Positions 53,623 to 64,000 of a stretch of 64,000 nucleotides of DNA are shown here, piece by piece. The stretch is from Schizochytrium sp. TIO01 (Eukaryota > Protista > Bigyra: Labyrinthulomycetes): positions 6,748,029 through 6,812,028 of the forward strand of contig SMSO01000014.1 in NCBI GenBank assembly GCA_004764695.1, given 5' to 3'. A program made the translations under genes and the position numbers. The notes under the pieces are model-generated. The model searched no databases. It had not been told where the DNA came from and worked only from the letters and a program-made list of their open reading frames with translations. How positions within the stretch are numbered: position 1 is the stretch's first letter; each line of letters begins with the position of its first letter.

Positions 53623-56600
53623 AGCGGCAGTAGTTGTTCTGCGATTGCAAGTTCAACTTGTAAGGGATTTGGGCGCTGGAAATAGCCTGAATGAACGAAC
53701 TTGAGGATTCCAAAGAACATCTTCGTCCAACTTGTTCAAGACCTGCCAATCCACCGATCGATCACTCGAACGAAGGTCTTCCTCGCTTCACCGTCTCTTG
53801 CTTTGCCCGAACATGATAAGAGAAGGCACTGTCCAAACAGCAGGCAACCTGTCCAAGCCCAAGGCCATGGCCACGGCCACGACGACCACGATCCTGAGCG
53901 CAATCTCCAAGCTGCGAGCGAGCAGATGCTAAACGGGCGGGGCCTGTCCTCGACTTGAGCGCTTCTGTCGCTCTGCGGCACTCCGCCTCGGCTAGGCTTT
54001 GGATCTCCATCTCGCGATGGTTTGCGATCAACTCACGGCGTTGATGATGGCGCTCATGGTCAGTCACTCAGTCACTCAGTCAATCCGCAGGAACTATCTC
54101 TGCAGTTGTGCTTTCGTAGCTCCAGCTTCCTAAAAAAGTACAGGAAAACAGAACCACCGAAAGTAAGTGAGGAACTGGTCATCGAGTGCATCGTGAAACC
54201 AAAGCCAATGGAAACGAACAGACTATGCATCGCTCTGCAAGCAAAGCAAAGCAAAGCAAAGCAAAGCAACACACACACAAACAAACAGACACACCTCCGC
54301 AGACACGTCCTCCTCTCTATGCGTCGTGTCTTCAGCTTCGCGCCATGCGTCAAACAAACGAAGACATCCCTCGCAAGAAAAGCTCCTTACGAAGCAGAAG
54401 AAGTGAGGACAGCGATCGATCATCCATCGTGAGGTTCCAGGCACGACCTGCCAAGCCGAGGCATCTATCTTTCGAGCAATCCAGCAAACCACGCGCAGCC
54501 TTCAGAGCCTGACGTTCTGAACGCACGCCACGGAGATCCAATCCGCCTCGAGCGTCTCCAGAAACACGATCTTCAACAGCCCAGGAACCTGATTTTGCGC
54601 ATCATTCCTCGTCTCCGCATCGTCGATGCCCCAAAACACAAGAACATCCATTGTCCACGAAGGTTAAAAAAAATATTTTATTTTTTATTTATTTTTAAAA
54701 AAATAATATATTAAGATTAAAAAACAAAAAACAAAACAAAAAAACACTTTAGATTTAGCTTCAATTGTTTCGCCTACAGTGCAAAAGTTTTTCTTCAAGG
54801 TCTACCTTATTACCTTTGACTAGCTATCTCCTACCACGCGTAGTCCACCGGCGCCTTTATATTCCAAAATTATTTATAAAAAAGAAAAAGAAAAAAGAGA
54901 TTGTTTTTAAAGATAAAAAGTTTTGAAAGTAAGATTTTAAATTAGAAGGTCATTATGAAAAGGTTGCGGTAAGAAACACAAGAGAGAAGAGAAGAGAAAA
55001 GAAGAGAAGAGAAGAGAAGAAAAAGAAAAGGGAAAGCCAAACAAAGAAAACAAAACAACTTAAAACAGAGAGCACAAACTCCCCATCTGACCCCTATCCA
55101 CTTCTACAGTTTACCCTAGCGTCGGGCGCCCGGCGGAATCCCCCCCCAAAGAACGGGGAGCGCACGGTGCGTCATGGGCACGTGTTGCAAAAGGCCTCTC
55201 GCTCGAGGTCCTTCTCCGCGATGAGGCCTCAGCCAGCTCATGCGTCGTGGCCTTCGGCTGCCAGCACGGCTTTGCTTGCTTGTTTGCATGTTTGCTTGTT
55301 TGCTTGTTTGCTCTCTTGCCAGGAGCTGGGTATCCACTGCCTGGCAGCTTTGGTGCGGCACGACGGCTCTCCGGGGCCTTAGTTCTAGCAACAGCGATAG
55401 CCGTAGCCATAGCAATAGCAGCGCAGTCAGAAGGGTGTGTACCGCCCTCTGCGCTTCGACGGACACCGTGACTCTGGGGCCCCGGGGTCCGGGGGCATGC
55501 GCGGAGTCTGGGCCCAAAGAAGATCCGGGCTCCAGGCGACCTCGATCCAACTGCGCGGGGTCTCTAACAAGCTCTAGCTGGCTCGCTAAAGGGGGGGCGG
55601 TGCTAGAAGTGGATAGGCGGTTCATAGGACCGGCGTCAGCCACTAGCGCGTAGCAGTGGCTAGCTGTTTGCTAGTGTTATCTTATGCCATTGCTCTTCTT
55701 GATTGAGGCGTCCTAGGCAAATGCCTAGGTGGGTGCCTATCTAGCTGGTGGGTAAGTAGAGGCTAAGAGCTCCTAGTGAGTGATGGGCGTAGAGAGGGTA
55801 AGGCCTCTTCAGGGTAGCAAGCGACTACTAGAGTTCTAGCTGGCGGGAGGCTTAGGTAGGTGCTGCAGCATAACTGAGGTTCTTGGCTTCGTGGAGATCG
55901 TAGATCTGCGTCGCTGTGATGCGAGGGCTGGGAGACACGGGAAGGCAGAAAGGATAAGCTTGGACTGGCGAGAGTTCGATGGTTTCCGGTGGCATTTGCT
56001 TGAGTATTGGCAGGTCTGCACGAGTCATTCGCGTGTAGGCTTCTTCATTCATTTGTTTTACTCGTTTGTTTGTTTGTTTTAATGGAGTAATGATTTCTTT
56101 CAATCTTTCAAGTTCCTTTCCCATTTTCTTATGATGTTTCTTTCTTCTTCATATTTTGTTTGTTTGTTTCAAAGTTGTGTGTTTAGTTGAAGTTCGTCTC
56201 TCTCTCTCTGCTCCTCGAGCTGTTCCGTTCTACACGTTCCGTTCCGCTCCGTTCCCACGTTCTCAGTTGCCAGGCCTTAGGCGACTCTTACCCATCCATC
56301 CCATTCGCTCTCCTGTGCTGCTTTCTCTTCAGAACAGACACTCAAACGTTCTTCTCTTTCATAATGGAACGTACTGACAATGCAATGTTTTTTGAAACTG
56401 TTGAAAGTTTTGAAACTGAGCCCAAATGAAAGAAAGAAAGAAAGAAAGAGAGAAAGAAAGGAATCAATGAATGAATGAATGATGAATGAATGAATGAATG
56501 AATGAATGAACGAACGAATGAATGAACGAATGCCGAAGGCATTTCCGCAATGCCGCGATCGCCGCCCGCCTTCGAGGGCGCCTTCGCGGCTGCGGCGGGA

Positions 56601-57982
56601 GGCCAGGGAAAGGAGGGGCGGGCAGAGGGAGGCTAGTCTGGCCGGCCGGTGGCGGCGCGGGGCCGTTCCTTCGCGCCCTTTCCGGCAGCGGCGCTTCTCT
56701 GGCGAACAGTTGGGAACGAGCAGACCGGCGGAGCCCAAGGGGGTCCTACCGTTTAAGATAGCCGTGGGGTAGGAACCTGAAAGAACGGTCTCTCTTTCTG
56801 TCTGTGCTTTACTTTTTTCTTTGGTGTTCTTAAAGTTTTCTTTCTTCTGAAAAGAAGAACACGGTTTTAAGTAGGAGGTGCTACGGTAGCATAGCATATT
56901 CTATGGTTAGCGAAGACAAGAGAAGCGAGTGTGAACAGGATATGGGAATAAATGAAATGCGCTGCGATGCTCAAAGTTCTGAGTTGAGTTGGAGATGGGA
57001 AAGGAAAGTCGAGGCGAATGGAGGTTGGTTTGGCTTGCTCAGCTGAGCTAAGTTTGGACGCTGGTGCAGTTTCTTTTCAGAGGGAGGCTTGGTTTGAAGA
57101 ATGCTTTGTCTTCGAAACGAAATCGACTTCTTTCCTCTGGTTTCTGTTTCTCAGCTCAGTGTGTTTTGAGACAGCAGTGCAATGGAAACCCATATCGATC
57201 TCATGAATTATGATGGTCGATTGATTGACTGATTGATTGATGGATTGAAGCAATCGCCGCACGTTCACAGTTAGTGAGATCTCTGCCTCCAAGTCAGGGC
57301 TGCGCAGGACCGACTGCCGGAGCAGGCTCATGCCACATGCTGCGCCTGGACTGCCTGACTGCCTGACTGACTGACTGACTGACTGACTGACTGACTGACT
57401 CACCGATTGCGATGGTATCCGGGCTTTGTTTTCCTCCGTCTTTCACGCTTTTCTCTTCCTGAGCTTTGTTTTCCTCATCCCTTTCCTCCATCTTGGCGAC
57501 GACGACGACGACGACGACGATGAGGACGAGGACGAGGACGAGGATGAGGATGAAGATGCCGCCAAAGTCGAGGTGACAGGGCACCTCAAGCAGTCAGAGC
57601 TCGGGCAGGAGCTCGGGCCTGGCATCCACCCGCATCGTTGCCGCTCACGTGCTTGCTCGCCACAGCAGCTACGGATCAATCGATGCGCTCGAGGCTGGAA
57701 TGAATGTCACGAAGGTAAGGTCTCACTTGCATTATTTGTAATATCTGTGAAGACCATGCTCAGCAGGAGCTGCAGCAATCAATCAATCACATTGTAATCG
57801 TGGTGGCAAACCGAGGTGCTCTCGGTGCTGCCAAAAAGCCTGCTGCGCGGGAGGCGCTAGCTTGCTTCGCTCCAAGGCGGCTTGAGTCAAGAGTCCGCTC
57901 GCTGCTTGATTCATTCGTTCGTTCGTTGGTTCGTTCGTTCGATTGCTCATTGATTCATTCATTCCATTCATTTTATTCTCTC

Positions 57983-58013
<31 letters not shown>

Positions 58014-61000
58014 TCGAAACTTCTTGAGCAACTGACAGTTCGAGATGTTCGTTGAGTGTCTCCTCTCTATCACGAAATTCGTGAGCAAGACCACCGACAG
58101 CGTTCTCTGGGCAGGCAAGGCCTCTCTCTACACGCTGTGCTGTGGGCATGCATGCACTCAGGCGGCTTTGCTGTCTCCTGCTGCAATCTCCAAACCCTTG
58201 TGCAGCCAATGCAAAATGTGCAATTGCTAAATTACCTCTCCATCGTTCGAAGATTGTTTAAGGTACCAAAACATGTTTATTTATACATAAAAAACAAACT
58301 ATCTTTAAAATTAATCTAAAGAAAAAGAATGATGATATCTGCAAAATAAATAGTAAGTTCATTTAATTCCAAAAAAGGAAAGAAAATAAGTAAGAATTGA
58401 ACAAGAACATGACAAGCAAATGCAATGCAGAGCACTGCGAAATGGTTCTACCGCCCCTTATGAGCGGGCATGAAGCGCCTCTTTCCCGCAGAGAAGCCGC
58501 GAATAGCCTGAAGTAAGCAGCTGACCAAGCATCCATTCATAAAAGATCGAAGATGAGCTATGTCTTCAATTATGAAATCAACTATTAAAGTACCCAGAGC
58601 CGCTGTCCATTGTAAAAGAAGCGATTGTTAGTTGCTTCGATTCCAAAAGAGGGGCAAAGGGGGGCAACGAACAGGAAGCTTGTGCCCCCCTTTCTTCCTC
58701 GAAGGGGGCGCGAACTGCCAAGAGCCCCGGTAGGACCCCTTAGCCGCGCGCTAGGCCATGCGCGCCAGGAGAGAGACAGCGGCGGCAGCGTACAGTGGGT
58801 TATAGGCGCTGCAAGTGAAGAATAGGCCCTCTACAGTAGAGTATTCCGAGCCGCAAGTGACTTATAGCTCCTCCCCCCTGTCTCTATATCTATCTATCTC
58901 TCCCTAACCAGTTAGTTCCGGGAGTTCTGTATGTTCTGGGTGTTCTCCCCTTTGTCTGCTTGTTTTCTGAGGTTAGTTTGATTGGAGATTGAGTAAACGA
59001 ATGAATGAATGAATGAATGAATGAATGAGGAATGAATGAATGAATGAGTGAATGAGTGAATGAGTGAATGGAATGAATGGAATGAATGAATGAATGCTGC
59101 AAATGCAAAGCCGAAGCGCTTGGTTCTGAAGTTGGCCACGGTCCGCAGAGGCGGTGCGGAGGGGGGCCGAGCAGGGCGAGCAGGAGCGAGCAAAGAAGAG
59201 GAGGCCGAGCAGAGCTCGCAGCCCTGGAAGAGGCGGTTATTGCGTGCGTGAGTGAGTGAGTGAGTTAGTTAGTTAGTTTGTTATAGAAGTTTGGCTTTGA
59301 GGCATTGGATTCGCTTCACTTTTGTTTTCATCTGTGTTTATTATTATTCCCCTCAGAAGACTTTTTCTTCTTCTTTTATTTTTAAATAAATTAAATTGAA
59401 TTGAATTGAATTAAATTGAATTGAATTGAATTGAATTAAATTAAATTAAATTAAAAAGCTTTAGTAGATATTATTATTTATTAAAAGTAATGATGAACTT
59501 ATTGGTGAGAGGAGAAAGGTGGAAAAGGGTGGAGCAGATTTAAAAGGAAAGAAACAATTGTGTTCAAGTTTTCATCTGTGCCATTTTTTTTTATTGAAGC
59601 TGTTGTGGTTGTTTCTTTCTCGCTTCGATTAGAAAAGAAGAACAGACTGCGTAGACGATGAGGTCAAAAAAAGAGAGATCATCGTTCGTTCATATTCTCG
59701 TTTTGCGTTGATGAGGAGGACCTGTCGGGATGTGGATAATTGCACCCATCGCAGTTCGAAGTGGGATTGCGAAGAGACCATTGTAAAGCTCACGATTGCG
59801 AGGTAGAGACAGACAGTAATCAGAGTTGTTCCTTTTCGTGTGCCAATTATAAATGATAGATGTATGTATGCAAAATGTAAGTGATGTCACGTACAGTATG
59901 GAAATAAAGGGGGAAGAACAGCCAAACAAATAAATAAACACACATGTAAAGCGATCGCAGAAGAAGTCATTGAACGAATGAAATGCCCTTCGAGTTTGAT
60001 CGCTGATATGGATATAGATATACTGTTGGAAATCCACCCGCATTTGATCAGGTTAAGCGTTGAGAGCGGCCTCATCGTGCTGGCCACGGTTTGCGGAATC
60101 AATCAATCGGCTGACTGCAGAATCCATCCTTCGCAGTGCTCCCTCGACGGCGTTTCCGACACGTTCTTCGGCCTCCGCTGTTCTCTTTGCAAAGATATGA
60201 ACGTCACATATGTATGTATGTATATATATATATCAGGAAGATAAAAGAACACAACAAAGAAAAGAAAAGAGAAAAAAGTATGATTAAAAAACCACCCTTA
60301 GGTATTATGGTAGGGGATTGCTAGCAGAAGGTGAAGTTAAAGCGCCACTTTGGTTTCCCTGAGAGAAAGCTGAAGAGCCAAGTTTTGTAAATCAATGAAG
60401 AAAGATAGATAGATAGATAGATAGAAAGAAAGCGAAGAGAAAGCGATCAATACAACGTGCTCATTGGTGATAAGGTGGCAATAAGTAGCCACGCAGGAGA
60501 GAGAGAAAGAGAGAGAGAGGACGACGGTCTGTCTCGGCTCACGGCCCTTTTCAGTCGATATGCAGCAGAAAGCAAAGGTTTGAAGCAGGAGAGAGCTTTT
60601 TGTTCATTCACTTCTTCGTTTATTGCTGTTGTTGTTGTTTTTCTGAGCAATCATTTTAATGAAATGAAGTTTTGCTTTTGGCACCTAATAAGCATTTTTG
60701 GACAATTTGTGAAGAAGAAGATACAGAAGAAGGGGAGCAGAGGGAATGAGAGGTGCTTGAAAAGAAAGGAGCAAACCTTCGTTGTGGGTCGTTTGTACGA
60801 AGGAACGAGCCGACAGGTTTTAGATGCAAGGTAGAGAAAGCCAAGCAAGCAAAAGCAATAGGTGGAGTGTTAGTTATTTTCATAAAGAGTGGAAGGAAGG
60901 ACGATCAGCAGGAAAGTACTTTTTTCAATTCATAGTTAGTTATTTTAAAAAAAAGTTAAAAAAACAAAAACAAAAAAACAATTTCTGTGGAAGTTTTATT

Positions 61001-61459
61001 GTTGTTGTTATGATTATTGCTATTGCTAAAGATTAAGCCATAGTAGCAATAGTAGTGTTGGCAGGAAAGCGAATTTCTCATCTTTCTTAGAAAAGGTTTA
61101 TAAGTTAAAAGGGAAAGAAGAAGAAGAAGAAGAAGAAGAAAAGTAACTAACTTCAACAATAAAAGGCTTTTAAAGAATAGCAGAGAAGGATAAGAAAACC
61201 TCGAGCAAAAGCAATCCTTCACTCGAAAGAAGAAGGAGAAGAAGCGCCTTCGAGCAGACTTCTTTCTCCGCTCGCCGGACCAACCACACGCTCGCCCCTC
61301 GCTCGCCTGCGCGTCGCACACGCAGCAAGCAAGCAAGCAGCCAGCCAGCCAGCCAGCAGGTCAACAGTCAGGTCAGTCAGTCAGTCAGTCAGTCGGTCGG
61401 TCGGTCGGTCGGTCGGTCGAGGGGTCTCAGCTCGCAAGCTAGGTCGCTCGCTCGAGACC
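53140..61459. repeat. ~8.3-kb non-coding region of alternating microsatellites (CAT/CAG, GAAA, TGAA, CTGA, GAC/GAG, TTGAA, AGAT), A-tracts and short GC-rich islands
   Basis: No credible ORF; the ORF-track translations here are repeat-derived. Confidence 0.75.
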
Positions 61460-63130
61460 ATGATGCGCGGTGGATCTCTGCTGCGCCAGAGGGCGGCACC
61501 GCTTCTCACGAAGCGCGCTGCGTGCGGATCTGCGTCGAGGTGCCTGGGAGGCGCTGCTCGCGGAGGCTCGGGCTCTGGAAGCGATGACCGCGAACTTCGC
61601 CAGCTGAGCAAGGCGCACTCGATTAACAGCGGCGTCACCATGAACCATCCTGGCGGCGTGGGCGCGCCTGAGAACGAGGCCCAGGCCCTCCAGCAGACGC
61701 AGCGCGTCGTCAAGTCTCTCCTGAGTGGTGACGTGCACGGATCGTACAAGACGAAGGAGAACGTCACGCACTGGCGTAAGCGGCCTCTCTTCAAGCGCTC
61801 AGGCAAGAACCTGACCTTTACGAGCGGCCAGGAGGCGGCAGAGCTCCTCGTGGACGAGGCCCGCCGCCGTGACCCCTACCAGGTGGACTTCCTGCAGTGT
61901 GTGCAAGAAGTCTCTCAGGACGTCTGCGTCACCTTCGAGGGTGCACCCAAGCTCGCATGGGTCTTCAAGCAGCTTATGGAGCCCGAGCGTCTCGTCACCT
62001 TCCGCGTCCCATGGACTGATGACAACGGTAACGCCCGCATCAACAGAGGCTACCGCATCCAGTACTCCAGCGCCCTTGGACCCTACCACGGTGGCCTCAG
62101 ATTCCACCCCCACCTCTCTCACGGTGGCGTCCGCATGCTCGGATGGGAGCAGACGCTCAAGAACGCACTTACCGGCGCACCCCTTGGTGGATCCCGCGGC
62201 GGTTCGGACTTTGACCCTTCTAACAAATCTGAGCACGAGATTCGCCGCTTTGCCAATGCCTTTGTGTGCGAGCTTGCCGACTTCATTGGACCTGGCCTCG
62301 ACACTCTCGAGACTGACCTTGGTGTGGGTTCCAGCGTTATGGCCGCGCTCCATGACGCCTACCGCATGATGGATGTGGACGGCGAGTCTGACGGCAGCGA
62401 GTCCCTCTTCGGCGCATGCGAGATCTTCCCTGAGGCGTCCGGATTTGGTAGCGTCTACTTTGCGGAGCGCGCCCTCGAGGTGCGCGGTGAGTCTCTCCAG
62501 GGCAAGAGATGCCTCATCTCTGGAGCCGGAGAACTCGCCAGGTCCACCGCACTCAAGCTCGCCGAGAAGGGAGCACTCCCGGTCACTCTCTCCGATGACT
62601 CTGGCTTCATTGTTAACGACAACGGCTTCGTGGCCGGAGAGCTCGAGAACATTGCGCACATTAAGAAGTCCAAGGGCACGCTCAAGGAGTACGCGCGCCT
62701 CGCTAACTGCCAGTTCTACGAGAACGGCTCCCAGTGGGAGCAGGTCAAGGGAGACCTTGCCTTCCCCTCGGTTATCCAGTCAGAGATCAACACTGACGAT
62801 GCCACCGCACTTGCAGACAACGGCTGCCTCGCTGTCTTTGAGAACGCTGACCGCGCATGCACAAGCAACGCTCAGATGGTCCTCAACGACCGTGGATTGC
62901 TCTTTGCACCCAGCAAGGCCGTCAACTGTGGTTCGGTCATCGCCAGCACCCACGTTGGAAAATCCAAGGAGGAGATGGACGAGGCTCTCCGCAGCCGCAT
63001 GATCCAGCTCCACGACGAGGTCGCCGATACTGCATCCCGCTACGGCGCCACTGGCGACCTCCAGGCCGGTGCTAACCTCCTCGCATTTATTCGCATCGCA
63101 AACTCGCCCATGTACACGACAGACATTTAG
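61460..63130 (+). CDS. NADP-dependent glutamate dehydrogenase (GdhA-type) homologue with degenerate active site and a mitochondrial-type N-terminal extension
   Basis: RDPYQVDFLQCVQEV, EPER..TFRVPWTDDNG...NRGYRIQYSSALGPY, GGLRFHP, EQ..KNALTG, GGSDFDP, GANL..F..IA. Catalytic positions are substituted (see findings). Confidence 0.93.
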   Translation: MMRGGSLLRQRAAPLLTKRAACGSASRCLGGAARGGSGSGSDDRELRQLSKAHSINSGVTMNHPGGVGAPENEAQALQQTQRVVKSLLSGDVHGSYKTKENVTHWRKRPLFKRSGKNLTFTSGQEAAELLVDEARRRDPYQVDFLQCVQEVSQDVCVTFEGAPKLAWVFKQLMEPERLVTFRVPWTDDNGNARINRGYRIQYSSALGPYHGGLRFHPHLSHGGVRMLGWEQTLKNALTGAPLGGSRGGSDFDPSNKSEHEIRRFANAFVCELADFIGPGLDTLETDLGVGSSVMAALHDAYRMMDVDGESDGSESLFGACEIFPEASGFGSVYFAERALEVRGESLQGKRCLISGAGELARSTALKLAEKGALPVTLSDDSGFIVNDNGFVAGELENIAHIKKSKGTLKEYARLANCQFYENGSQWEQVKGDLAFPSVIQSEINTDDATALADNGCLAVFENADRACTSNAQMVLNDRGLLFAPSKAVNCGSVIASTHVGKSKEEMDEALRSRMIQLHDEVADTASRYGATGDLQAGANLLAFIRIANSPMYTTDI

Positions 63131-64000
63131 ATTGCGCCAATACTACTTTTTTACTACTACATACCAACCTACCTACCTACCTACAAACCTACCCTCTTCT
63201 CTTGTCTCTCGTTTTCTCCCGCTTATTCCCTCGTTTTGGCTCATCTTCGATCCTCTTCGATTCGATCCTCTTCCATTCTCAACCCAGTATTCTTCATACA
63301 TATCTGCTTGTCAACCGAGTGAACAATCCCCAATCAGAACGGTAGTTGCGGCATTTTCTTTTTCTTCTTTATCATCGTCCTTCGCTATGAATACTGTGTC
63401 AATTCAGCGTAAACATGGAAGATTACACCGCATTACTGCTGATGCGAGAGCTCCCCTTGTTTATGCTGTGGCTCTCGTCATGCATCTTTCATTTGCTTTC
63501 CTTTCCTTCCGTCAGTTTTACACCCCCCTCTCCCGGTTTTCACCCCACGAACATCTCATCTTTCTTGCGCGCTCTAATTCATGCCTTTTTAGCTTTAACA
63601 TCTTGCCAAGGTTGCCGCAGTTAATGGGCATGATTAGATCCCCAACAAAACCAACAACAGCGATGATGACAGCGACGACAAGAACTCCGTCGAGGAGAGC
63701 ATAGTAAGCAAATTAAGTAAGCACATAACCTAGTACTAACACATGTCTGTCTAATTGCATTTCATGGCTCTCCTTATGAGTCTAACTCGAAGAAACGCAT
63801 CTCAACAATACGAATTCTCTAAGCCTGTCGTTATATAAAGGATTTTTAAACTAATCCTGCACCATACCAGAGCCTAAGAACTATAAACAGAATTTTGTAT
63901 CAATAAATAATCGTAGAATCTACTCCACGTTTCAAAAGGCGGTTCGACAAGGGTCAAAATTAATTACTTCACAAGAGAGAAATAAAATAGGACCATAAAC

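Overview
Eukaryotic, intron-poor, gene-dense nuclear DNA in the standard genetic code (TAA, TAG and TGA all end intact genes). Intergenic DNA is rich in microsatellites. The gene content and style suggest a flagellated stramenopile, probably a thraustochytrid/labyrinthulomycete; this is inference only. Recognisable genes: ORC1, RFC3 (one GT-AG intron), a soluble pyrophosphatase and ATP synthase OSCP (both with mitochondrial-type leaders), a steroid 5-alpha-reductase-like protein, a PIERCE/DUF4490-like ciliary protein and a TMEM164/YwaF-like membrane protein. Four things stand out. (1) A single-ORF 3262-aa protein built from 14 tandem recoverin/neuronal-calcium-sensor (NCS)-like four-EF-hand modules. 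(2) An intact, strongly codon-biased NADP-glutamate dehydrogenase homologue that has lost most catalytic and substrate-binding residues, so a candidate pseudoenzyme. (3) A ~2650-aa ARM-repeat protein ending in paired RyR-like repeats. (4) A decaying accessory island at 50-53 kb with a Crinkler-type HNH effector gene split by one TGA. TAG/CTA-rich tracts also recur upstream of many genes. All family assignments are from motif recognition by eye; no searches were run.
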